Below are positions 55,380 through 64,000 of a stretch of 64,000 nucleotides of DNA, piece after piece (the first letter of the stretch is position 1; each line of letters opens with the position of its first letter). The notes under the pieces were generated by a model. The model worked only from the letters and a program-made list of their open reading frames with translations. It was not told the origin of the DNA and did no database searches. The position numbers and the translations under genes are program-made. Source of the DNA: a phage; the NCBI GenBank assembly GCA_032986305.1, contig GCA_032986305.1_3672.1; one strand, 5' to 3'.

Positions 55380-56606
55380 TTAAAAAGGGATGTCATCATC
55401 AAAGGAGTACTGTGCTGGATTCTGATCCATCGGGTCATCTTCCCCATCATTTACAGGAGGAGCGTCTACAGTGTTTTGCTGTGGAGCTGCTTCCTGTTTG
55501 GCAGCCTTAGGTTCTTGATGGTCAGTTGACCCAGCACCGTTCTTGATCCAATCGTACAACGGCTCAGCCAGATTAGTCAAGACATCTTTTGCTTCTGCAG
55601 TAATTGCCGCTGCAAAATCATCAACTTTCGTTTTCTTGTCAATACGGCGACAAGCGTTCAACACCGCATTACCGACACTGGCACCTACTTCATCTTCAGT
55701 TCGGTTGGTGGCTTGAGCATACTCTTTCTTAAGCTCAATGGTGACTACGTGCAGTGTTTTAGCCACGCCCAGTGGGTCGTCTACCTTAAACCCGCGATCC
55801 AGGATGATCTGCAACGCATTGATGCTATGCCCCGTTTCCACACCGATAGGGTCGTAAGAGGATTTACGCTTGCCACCAGAGCCTTGAGTGCCGTTCTCTG
55901 CCTTAGGAGGATAGGCCTTGAAACCACTGATAATGTTTCCGGTGTCTTTGTCAACAATGGCTGCAACACGACCACCTACCACCAGGTCTTTAAGCTGCTC
56001 ATCAGTTACAACCATAGCACCTTCGCCAATCTTGTGGTCATTAACAGTAACCACGTTGCCAACAATCTGAGTCACATCACCATAGATGCGTAAAACGTCC
56101 TGATTGGCATTCTGCTGAGGTTTCTGCTTCTGGCCTTGTGATTGTGCACCTTGTTGCTGTTTTTGCTGCTGAGTCGCTGCTGGAGCCTCTCCTGCACCCA
56201 GCTTGACCATCTTAGCCAGTGAGCCTTTGTAATAGGTCTTACCGTTATGCTCGTTTGCCTTCAAAGGAATATTTACGATCCATCCCGGCGTTACGGTTTC
56301 CCACTTGTCATCAATTTTAACAGAGACAGAGTCTTGATGACCAGGTTTAAGCAGCTTATCACCCATGCTGATCCAAACTTCTTCACCACCTTGAAGCAGG
56401 TTATCAGAGGAATCCAGTTCAGAAATCAGTAAAGAGATGGTGTGGCTGGATTCAATTTTCTTACCTTGCCACACAGTGGTTTTAATACCTGTTGTAGGAT
56501 CAGCACCTTTGATAGGCTTGATGCTGACACGTTTAATCATGCCGTGAGCCAGTAAAACAGTTTCACGCGGATTCATCGGGTTAGCGAATTGTTGAATAAC
56601 GCTCAT
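55380..56606 (-). CDS. SSB-like protein with host-SSB-type C-terminal tip
   Basis: 408 aa; Gln-rich linker; C-terminus ...YSFDDDIPF identical to E. coli SSB tip DDDIPF. Confidence 0.55.
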   Translation of the reverse strand: MSVIQQFANPMNPRETVLLAHGMIKRVSIKPIKGADPTTGIKTTVWQGKKIESSHTISLLISELDSSDNLLQGGEEVWISMGDKLLKPGHQDSVSVKIDDKWETVTPGWIVNIPLKANEHNGKTYYKGSLAKMVKLGAGEAPAATQQQKQQQGAQSQGQKQKPQQNANQDVLRIYGDVTQIVGNVVTVNDHKIGEGAMVVTDEQLKDLVVGGRVAAIVDKDTGNIISGFKAYPPKAENGTQGSGGKRKSSYDPIGVETGHSINALQIILDRGFKVDDPLGVAKTLHVVTIELKKEYAQATNRTEDEVGASVGNAVLNACRRIDKKTKVDDFAAAITAEAKDVLTNLAEPLYDWIKNGAGSTDHQEPKAAKQEAAPQQNTVDAPPVNDGEDDPMDQNPAQYSFDDDIPF

Positions 56607-56971
56607 TATTTGTCTCCTTGTTCTTCGTTAGTGTTTGCCGTGTGTGCAAACCCTGCTTGAATTAATTTGTCCTGAACTTGAGCCAACAGCCCCATTGCAA
56701 AACTTGTGGTCCCAGAGAGGGCCATCAGCATATCTCGTTGTTGAGCTACCCAACCTAAGGCATAGTCCAAACGACGATATTTTTCTTCTTCACGCAGAGC
56801 TTGAAATAATTGTTCAGCCTCTGGTTGTTGTGTGAGCTCCTGAAGTCTTCCCATGAAAGAAGAAAGCACTAGTAGAAGAGACACTTGATCTTTACTTAAC
56901 CCTAAGAAAAATTCTTGAGGTTGTTCTTGCTCGTTCATCGCAACCGACGCTTGATCGTTCATTTGTTCCAT
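56606..56971 (-). CDS. hypothetical protein
   Basis: 121 aa; stop overlaps SSB-like start. Confidence 0.4.
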   Translation of the reverse strand: MEQMNDQASVAMNEQEQPQEFFLGLSKDQVSLLLVLSSFMGRLQELTQQPEAEQLFQALREEEKYRRLDYALGWVAQQRDMLMALSGTTSFAMGLLAQVQDKLIQAGFAHTANTNEEQGDK

Positions 56972-57054
56972 TATGGAATCTCCGATTTTATTTGAACAAC
57001 ATAGAAGGAGACACTATTTTAGCATCCCCTTCTGCAAATTACAATAGGTATTTG

Positions 57055-57300
57055 TTAGCCAATCACTTCGAAAGTTCCCCAATTCCCGTCCAGCAGGCAG
57101 GTGATCGGATCCCCATCGTCGTCAAAGATTTCAAAGTTTTCAGCATCCAGGATGTGGCCCTCGAACACAATACTTTCGTCGCCACCACCAGAAATAACAG
57201 CGTATTCCTTACCTTCAGTCAAGTTTTGACACCCTTTGCCACCAAAACCTACTTCAACACAACGTACTTTCTGTCCTGCGCGAGCAACTACTTCAGTCAT
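57055..57300 (-). CDS. hypothetical protein
   Basis: 81 aa ORF. Confidence 0.4.
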   Translation of the reverse strand: MTEVVARAGQKVRCVEVGFGGKGCQNLTEGKEYAVISGGGDESIVFEGHILDAENFEIFDDDGDPITCLLDGNWGTFEVIG

Positions 57301-57317
57301 CTTAAGGTCTCCTGATA

Positions 57318-57638
57318 TTAATCGTCAAGTTCAAAATAGATTTTAACAGCTTCATCAAAGATTGGAATCCCAATGTTGTTGATAAGCTGCCAAACTACCA
57401 TATCTTTACCTGGATCTGGGAGAATGTCAACCTTTCTCCATGCGCTGTATATCCAGTTCGGACCACCTTCTGCACTAACTGGCAGATTTTCACCAGCCTC
57501 CTGCAGATACTTATACAGCAAAAGATATTCTGGATACTCTAGAACACTGTCCTCTGTAGTATATAGCAGTTCACGGTATACTTTTAAGAACCCTGCTGGG
57601 GTAATGTTTTCAGTCTTCATTTGCCGCTTCTCCTGCAT
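57318..57638 (-). CDS. hypothetical protein
   Basis: 106 aa ORF. Confidence 0.4.
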   Translation of the reverse strand: MQEKRQMKTENITPAGFLKVYRELLYTTEDSVLEYPEYLLLYKYLQEAGENLPVSAEGGPNWIYSAWRKVDILPDPGKDMVVWQLINNIGIPIFDEAVKIYFELDD

Positions 57639-58002
57639 TCATCAGGTCTGCCATAGCGTCACCTACGAAGAGAACAACCACATCGTTGACAGCGTCAGCA
57701 TCATCTTTATTGACGTTGCTGAATTTAGGACACACCGCAATGATCATATAGACACCGTTACCAACCTGAACTGTCCGTGTGGTGCACATCATGGCGGTAT
57801 TTGTGCCTTCTTTGAAGGCGAAGCCTTGAAGACGCTCCTCTAAAGTGTTACCGGTAGATTTCAGAAGCGCCAGCTCGTCCAAGGCATAGATGATATCTCC
57901 GGAAGTTAGTGTTGCCTTGCCATCAGACACCATAATAACTCCATCAGCACCGTCAAGCTTAGAGGCTTCAAAGATATCAATATCCCAAATATTTTTCATC
58001 AC
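57610..58002 (-). CDS. hypothetical protein
   Basis: 130 aa ORF. Confidence 0.4.
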   Translation of the reverse strand: MMKNIWDIDIFEASKLDGADGVIMVSDGKATLTSGDIIYALDELALLKSTGNTLEERLQGFAFKEGTNTAMMCTTRTVQVGNGVYMIIAVCPKFSNVNKDDADAVNDVVVLFVGDAMADLMNAGEAANED

Positions 58003-58319
58003 GCTTCCTCGTCGTCTAAAGAGTTGAAGATTTCACCGAAGTATTCTAAGACTTCTAGCTCCCGTGTGGTGCAGAAAACACAGTCACCGTTGTCATCCTC
58101 GATAACGGCCTCTTTACCCAGCACATCTACTTCAAGTTTATCGTTCAACAGGACAGCCCCTGTGTAAACTTTGTCGGCTGTGCAGTCCCGAAAAGCAGAG
58201 TCTTTCTCCAGATAGTCTGGCTTAACCTTGGCTTTAATTCGTTGGTATTGTTTGGTCATTGCTGTGGTCCCCTTTCGTTTTGATAGGGCCATTATATTAG
58301 GCCCCATCACTGTTGTCAA
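57999..58319 (-). CDS. hypothetical protein (paralog of 58323 gene)
   Basis: KPDYLEKDSAFRDCTADKVY...DDNGDCVFCTT parallels 58323 product. Confidence 0.4.
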   Translation of the reverse strand: MTTVMGPNIMALSKRKGTTAMTKQYQRIKAKVKPDYLEKDSAFRDCTADKVYTGAVLLNDKLEVDVLGKEAVIEDDNGDCVFCTTRELEVLEYFGEIFNSLDDEEA

Positions 58320-58322
58320 GTA

Positions 58323-58577
58323 TTAATGTTCAGGTTTTACAAAAACTACTTCATTAACAGTGCACCAGACAGAGTCTCCTTCATCATCTTTAAAGGTAAG
58401 GCACTGTGCTGAGTTTTCCAGCTCATCAATCTCTTCTTGTGATAAAGGGGCCCCTTCTTCCAAAAGGGCTTTTACCAAAGGGTTCTCACAAAACTCTGCT
58501 TCATAAATAGTGCCAAGTGTGCAATCTTTAAAAGCTCGGTCGTTTGCAACGCATTCTGGTTTCAACATGATTTTCAT
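58323..58577 (-). CDS. hypothetical protein (paralog of 57999 gene)
   Basis: KPECVANDRAFKDCTLGTIY...DDEGDSVWCTV. Confidence 0.4.
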   Translation of the reverse strand: MKIMLKPECVANDRAFKDCTLGTIYEAEFCENPLVKALLEEGAPLSQEEIDELENSAQCLTFKDDEGDSVWCTVNEVVFVKPEH

Positions 58578-58653
58578 CTTGGAGGTCTCCTTAATTATTT
58601 AACAATCAATACTCTGTTTGTGGGGAGTATCTTACATCTAACCTTACTTCTTG

Positions 58654-59052
58654 TCAACGACTATTTTCAATCATCCACCAAGGATCAAGGTAGGTTTGTT
58701 GACTTTTTGCCCACTGGCAAACATCTTCGTACATCTGAACTTCGTTTTCAGTCAGTTCACGAATAGGCTCATCTATACCCTCATTTTTGTGGTAATCCCA
58801 GTCGGCATCGATCTCCCACAACCACGACTTGTTGTCACCACGCTTACGCACACAGAAGTCACCGGGACGGCCTGCCAATGCATTTAAGAACTCGTTCTCC
58901 GCTCGCTCCTGAAGAATACTAAGGAGCAAAACGTTGGAGCATGACCGTAAAATATGCTTCAGCTCACAATCATCAATCTCAACTTCAATACGTTGTTTGA
59001 CTGTGTGGGTACCTTTTACTAACATCCTACCTCCTCTAAACGAACTCTGCAA
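58654..59052 (-). CDS. hypothetical protein
   Basis: 132 aa ORF. Confidence 0.4.
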   Translation of the reverse strand: MQSSFRGGRMLVKGTHTVKQRIEVEIDDCELKHILRSCSNVLLLSILQERAENEFLNALAGRPGDFCVRKRGDNKSWLWEIDADWDYHKNEGIDEPIRELTENEVQMYEDVCQWAKSQQTYLDPWWMIENSR

Positions 59053-59230
59053 GAGTTGTGTTGTTCACTGCACCGCAGTAAATGGAGTATCCCAGCCCAT
59101 TAGAGTGCAGAAACCACGGCGTGCCGAAATTATCTTTCACGTAGACATCGCCGTTGTTTGTAAAGGGCCAATATTCTTCACCAAGGGTAAAATACCTATT
59201 CATATCTTCAGCAAGATACTTTACTTTCAT
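59036..59230 (-). CDS. hypothetical protein
   Basis: 64 aa ORF. Confidence 0.35.
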   Translation of the reverse strand: MKVKYLAEDMNRYFTLGEEYWPFTNNGDVYVKDNFGTPWFLHSNGLGYSIYCGAVNNTTLAEFV

Positions 59231-59454
59231 AGGTCCTCTTCAACAACTACAAACTTGGCAAGCAAAGTGGTTCCGTAGATATGATACTCACCGTTTGCCA
59301 GGTGAGAGATATACCAGGCAACCCCTTCCTCGTCTTTAATCATTTTGTTTGCACGAGCTTTATCGTAATAAACCTCGTAGGTCTTTCCTTCTTTAAAGAA
59401 GGACAGGTCTGTCATCTTTTCTTCTACAAAAGTAGCTTTAACCAAAGTTGTCAT
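59227..59454 (-). CDS. hypothetical protein
   Basis: 75 aa ORF. Confidence 0.35.
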   Translation of the reverse strand: MTTLVKATFVEEKMTDLSFFKEGKTYEVYYDKARANKMIKDEEGVAWYISHLANGEYHIYGTTLLAKFVVVEEDL

Positions 59455-59768
59455 TGATCGGTCTCCTTCTTGTTAAGTCTGAATACTGCAATAATAGCAT
59501 TCCCAAGGTGCAGTGTCAAATCATTTCCAAGATACCACAACATTCCACGGTCATCTTTAATGAAAGGGTAACAATCTGGTGCCTTCCAGACATTGTACAC
59601 TTTCCCAACCTGAAAGAAATCAGGCCCTGTTGGGATTTTGGTGCCAGGCCACACTTGAGATACCTGAACACACTCCACCTGCATAATAACAGGAATGGTC
59701 ATGGATGTAAATGTTTTTGTTGGCTCTACTACCATAAAAGTCTCCTCTTTGCTCAACAACACTTCCAT
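59451..59768 (-). CDS. hypothetical protein
   Basis: Start set at MEVLL... to avoid overlapping polymerase exon. Confidence 0.35.
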   Translation of the reverse strand: MEVLLSKEETFMVVEPTKTFTSMTIPVIMQVECVQVSQVWPGTKIPTGPDFFQVGKVYNVWKAPDCYPFIKDDRGMLWYLGNDLTLHLGNAIIAVFRLNKKETDQ

Positions 59769-59784
59769 GTGTTGATAGTTTACA

Positions 59785-60138
59785 TTAGTGACAATCACCC
59801 CAGTTACGACCACACAAGTATTCACCTGTGATCTGGAACGGGACTCCCATCATTTTAGAAGCTTGCCAGAAGCAATGCACCACCATTTCACCCACAGGGC
59901 TCCAGATAAGTTCAAGCTTTCCGTCATCGTTCAGGATAGGATCGTACACCGTGTTTCCGTCTCTGTCAACCACCTCGTTTCCGTTTTCATCCTTGCGTGC
60001 CTTTTTGTACTTATGACCGTCGAACACATGAAGTTTGGCTTCCTGCTCTGCCTTAAATGCTTCCAGTTCTTCAATTGTGTCGAAGGTGTACACAGTCTTA
60101 TACTTAGGTGTGTCAGGGACCTGAAGTTGGTACTCATC
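59785..60138 (-). CDS. DNA polymerase (family A, T7 gp5-like), exon 2
   Basis: Begins at motif C (H)DEYQLQV; ends ...GRNWGDCH resembling recalled T7 gp5 C-terminus GPNWAICH. Confidence 0.6.
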   Translation of the reverse strand, partial: DEYQLQVPDTPKYKTVYTFDTIEELEAFKAEQEAKLHVFDGHKYKKARKDENGNEVVDRDGNTVYDPILNDDGKLELIWSPVGEMVVHCFWQASKMMGVPFQITGEYLCGRNWGDCH

Positions 60139-60414
60139 CAATAGTTCAGGTAGGTCGTTAAGCTACCCCGCACCATTACGTGCATAGCCATACGTTTTCA
60201 CGTAGGATCGGACCATCTCATATTCCTATGATAAGCAACCACAGGAATCCTCCCATTTCGACCGCACTTGCTGGTCTACTTCCTTTCGGAATGGCCTCTG
60301 AGCGTTCGCTCTTTTGAGCGCTTCGTTGCGGATTACCTTGCCATAAGGTTTAGGCTTCCCGCAGTTAAAGAGGTTATTCGACATAGATTACTCTATGAAG
60401 CCACAATGTTATTT
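60139..60414 (-). mobile_element. group I-type intron in DNA polymerase gene (ORF-less, about 276 nt)
   Basis: Separates ...IIYYH from DEYQLQV at motif C; exon 1 ends in U, intron ends in G. Confidence 0.5.
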
Positions 60415-62838
60415 ATGGTAATAAATAATACGACGAACACCTTCATCGTACCACCCACGCTTCACCATTTGGTGGTGCATGAGTATCCCAACTAAGTCAC
60501 ACAGCGATGCACCACCATTCTGTTGGTATGCATTAAGTAAAGAGTGTTTAGATCGGGTCCAGATGGCATGACCATCAAAAGAGTAGATAAACTTCTTACC
60601 CGTTGCTTCCCAGAATTTCTCCAGATCCTCTTTACGCCCCTTAAGACCAGGGTTGGCATCCCAAAGTGCATCGATTACCCTTTGTCCCAACTCTGGAGAG
60701 ATGTCCAGCATATCTGCAACTTTATCTTTTTGTGCCCCGTACATAACCCCATACGTGATAGGTTTACCGTCGTTACGGGACACCTCTCTGCCTGCTACTT
60801 TTGTATATGCCTCAGCATTGTTTTGGTGTGCGTCTCCGTTACTTACAACATCGTAATACAGGCCGTTGTCGAACTCAAAGGCACCCCAAGCCCCGATAAG
60901 CTGCTCTAAGTTGGACCCGTCGATACCGATCTCAAAGTATCCTGGAGGAACACCCCACAAGCTACGCATCTCTTTACCCATAACCACTTTAGGAGAGGGT
61001 TTAGGCATGTTTGCACAAATACTGTGTTTCTGTCTGGAAGTGTTTGTTAATCCAGAGCTTTTAGCAGGAAGCTTATGGTCAATCTTCAAGCGTGGGTGAT
61101 TAAGAAGACCAGTATCAACCTTATCCTCCTTGATCGGATCAAGGACCGATCTGCGGTTTCGCAATGATAACCACAAGACGATATCTTTAGCCATCTCTCC
61201 GTTCAATTTTTCAAGATTCGGACATAGGTGTCCAAACGTATCTTTCAGTTGCGGAGAAGTAATAAGTGCCCTAGCTTTTCTACGTATTTTCCTGAATACT
61301 TCCTTTTTAATCCTTTCGGAGTTAGGAAAGCTTCGGAACTTGTGCACAGTTGTCTGGAACTTAGCATCAGTTTTGTTCCAGAAGTTGATAATTAGGTCAC
61401 AATACTCTGACTCCAAAAGCTCGTCCATATATGCATATACTCGTGCATCAACATCTGCATCAGGTAAAGCTTTCTTCTTGCTGTCTTTAGTTACATCCTT
61501 AGTTCTCCACATTGTCGGAAGCCAGCCAGCACTGATCAGGTATCGCTTAATGTCGTCCTGGTTGCTGATTTTCATAGGTATCTTGCAGTCCGGCATTCGC
61601 TTCTGCTGTAGATCACTTATTGCCTGATCCATCAACTCTTTAGGTAAAGGGTGTGGTGTGGAAGTGCCCTTAATATAGCCTCTCAAGAAATCAGCCATCT
61701 TATCGGGGTCTTTGCATCCCATCTCTTCACACCATTTTATCCCCATCTTGCTGACATCTCCTGTAGAGGTAAATGCTCTCTTAGGCGGGGCTTTGAACTC
61801 TAAAGCGCTCATGTCTACAGGATATCCAAGCTTATCTTTTAACCATTTCCAACCATTATTAGAGATTGTCCCGTCTTGGTTAAACGGCTTTTCAGGGAAC
61901 TTGGGCCGCTGAGACATTGACAGCTCTTTTAAAGGCAGTTGTGGTTCAACACGATCAGCGATTTCTTTCATCCACGCATCGCAACGGTCACGTAAAGCAA
62001 TAGCTCCATCTATGTCGAAATATACGCCCTGACGGGCCTGCAGCTCCATCAGGAAGTGCTGCAGCATACCTCGGCGCAATGCGTTCTTCCAGGTGATCTT
62101 CTTGAACCCTTTTGGCTTCTCTTTGGCAGGATCGTACATAAAGTTCTGCATGTCAGATTTGCCGTAGAATACACCTTTTGATTCCGCTACCAGCTCTTTC
62201 CAGAGCAACTCCTGGATGATAACGTCCTCGAATACACGATCCACATACTTCCACAACGGAAGATCGCGCCAGTCATCAATTTGAACTTTCTGGTTACCAA
62301 GGGCGTAGCCCCATGCCATAAGGCCGTGAGGACCAACAGGCTGCATTTTCTTAGTAACCGGGTTGAATACAGCGTCCGGACAACCTTTTGGTAAAGGGCG
62401 ATCAGGCCACAAGATTCGGCTCATCGCCAACGTATCAAACAGGTTAACCTGGTGGTCGTTGATAGTCCCCATACATTTAGGATCACGGAACATATCAAAA
62501 TGAATACCGGATAATCTCTCCATCAGCATAAAGTCATAACTATAGCAGTTATGGCAGTTCAAAGCTGTTGGTGACCAGTCGGAATTGCCTGTAAGCCAAC
62601 CTTCCAACTCCGAAAAATCTGCTATGCGAACTTCAAAATCTTTATAAAGAGCTTTCTTTGCCAGAATAAAGTTCTTAGCCTTCTCTATATCCTCCTCGGA
62701 GTAGTGTGTGCGGTCATTTAGAGGGAGGAACAGCATAAAACGGTTCTTATTCAGCTCTTTAAACAGGCCGCAGTGATAATAAAGATCTGGGTCTTCCAAA
62801 AGCCCGGAGGCCTCAAAATCGAAGCTATACATGCTCAT
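60415..62838 (-). CDS. DNA polymerase (family A, T7 gp5-like), exon 1
   Basis: N-terminal exo FDFEASGLLEDPDLYYHCG like T7 VSDIEANALLESVTKFHCG; motif A GIDGSNLEQL; motif B RNDGKPITYGVMYG. Confidence 0.8.
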
Positions 62839-62896
62839 AAAGTGTTCTCCTTAAAGGGGAGGCGGTTGTACTACCCCTCCCACTCTTGGTTAAACA

Positions 62897-64000
62897 TTAA
62901 AAAGGCGTTTCATCATCCTCAAAACCAGGGACAGGGTCAGAGGACGGATCATCGTACTGGAGGTCTTCCTGCGTGTCAACAGGCTTAACAGTAGGAGTTA
63001 CAACCTTATCAGCCACAACCTTGCCCATAGGTGTTTCTACAACTGCATGCTCCTGATCCTCAAACATAGCCTGAGGTCTCCAAACAACCTCCCCACCTTC
63101 TCCATCTGTAAACATTTGCATTTCTTTGTCCCAGTACCAATTACTGGCATCATGGAACTTACCTGTATGTGGGTCCATAACCAAAGTGTCTGCAATACCC
63201 AATGTTTTTGCTGGGCGGTTTTTAAGACCTACTAAACGGACACGCCCACGAGAACGATCCACCATTTCTTCGGCCTCAACACCTATGACTACCCAACTCA
63301 ACTGTTCAAGCCCAGCCGATCCTCGCAAATTCTCTTTTCGCACAGGATACCAGAAAGGTAATGGGTTACCATCCTTGTCCTTAGGAGGCACAATCTCTGT
63401 ACGTTTGAGGTGAGCGATCACCAAGATAAACACGTTAAACTGCTTACAAAACGCAGCCAGCTGAGTCATAGCCATGTCCAGTTCTTTTCGCTCATCTTTA
63501 ACATTAAGCCCTGAAATTACCATAGACAGGTGATCCAGCACAATATAGCGACAATGATACAGGCAGACCATTTGCTTAAGCTTGGTAATCAACTCGTCCA
63601 CTGGAATAGACCCGAAATGTTTGAACACTTTGATTTTTCCAGCTTTTGCCCATGATTGGTGAATCTCTGCGTGTTCTTGATCAGTTAAAAACTGGCTAGG
63701 ATCTTCAACAAACTCTTTAACATCAAACCCTAGCTGGTTTGCATACAAGGAGTTAATTGCTTCCTCTGGGTCCTCCTCAAGATGGATCATGCATAGACGA
63801 TCATCCTCTTCATAGTCATCGGCCTTCGGGCATGTCGGGTCCATCAAGTATCTTGCAATACAATGTTCCAGTTTTTTAGCTACAGTTGTTTTACCGCCCC
63901 CTGATGGCCCTGTAAGCATTACGAGTGTCCCTTTGTGCAAGCCTTTTAGCATTTTTTGCAGTTTTGGAAACTCTGCGCTGATATCTACCCCGTTGGAAGT
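62897..64000 (-). CDS. primase-helicase, helicase domain (T7 gp4-like; 5' end outside window)
   Basis: Walker A GPSGGGKT; acidic C-terminal tail ending ...FEDDETPF; frame stays open to window edge. Confidence 0.7.
   Translation of the reverse strand, partial: TSNGVDISAEFPKLQKMLKGLHKGTLVMLTGPSGGGKTTVAKKLEHCIARYLMDPTCPKADDYEEDDRLCMIHLEEDPEEAINSLYANQLGFDVKEFVEDPSQFLTDQEHAEIHQSWAKAGKIKVFKHFGSIPVDELITKLKQMVCLYHCRYIVLDHLSMVISGLNVKDERKELDMAMTQLAAFCKQFNVFILVIAHLKRTEIVPPKDKDGNPLPFWYPVRKENLRGSAGLEQLSWVVIGVEAEEMVDRSRGRVRLVGLKNRPAKTLGIADTLVMDPHTGKFHDASNWYWDKEMQMFTDGEGGEVVWRPQAMFEDQEHAVVETPMGKVVADKVVTPTVKPVDTQEDLQYDDPSSDPVPGFEDDETPF

Noticed and set aside
60139-60414. Programmed translational bypass or frameshift joining the two polymerase ORFs
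   Set aside because: The gap is about 276 nt, far longer than known bypass elements, and the boundaries obey the group I U/G rule; splicing is the simpler explanation.
1-64000. Temperate prophage or mobile island
   Set aside because: No integrase, repressor, attachment-site repeats or host housekeeping genes seen; gene content is typical of a virulent phage.

Overview
This window reads as a contiguous stretch of a virulent tailed dsDNA phage genome (about 42% GC by eye, enterobacterial-style sigma70 promoters and Shine-Dalgarno sites). No rRNA, tRNA, CRISPR array or integrase was recognised. Every call rests on reading the sequence and recalling protein motifs; no database search or folding was run.

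Layout:
- 1-39.4 kb, + strand: RNA-repair/NAD genes (P-loop kinase, RNA ligase, Sir2, MazG-like), DNA ligase, lambda R-type endolysin, a nuclease cluster, two adenine methyltransferases, and a nucleotide-metabolism block (ThyX, nrdA, nrdB, glutaredoxin, nrdD, nrdG, PhoH, ClpP-like). This is followed by a long array of small genes that includes a ribosome hibernation factor homolog and a tandem paralog family.
- 39.4-41.9 kb: a 2.5 kb non-coding, repeat-rich region with an origin-like structured core.
- 41.9-64 kb, - strand: about 50 small genes, most with their own sigma70 promoter and a GC hairpin in the 5' UTR, then a T7-like replication module (SSB-like protein, family A DNA polymerase, primase-helicase running off the window end).

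Most notable observations:
- Three self-splicing-type introns: two in nrdD (one carrying an HNH homing endonuclease) and one ORF-less intron splitting the DNA polymerase at motif C.
- A possible NAD/ADP-ribose axis: a sirtuin lacking its zinc ribbon, and a TARG1-type macrodomain with no canonical start codon.
- A 45-bp element repeated three times that looks like a promoter with a built-in operator palindrome.
- A second non-coding locus (50.9-51.8 kb) with two paralogous promoter-hairpin units and short motifs shared with distant loci.

Hypothetical small ORFs are listed at low confidence; their exact starts are often uncertain.
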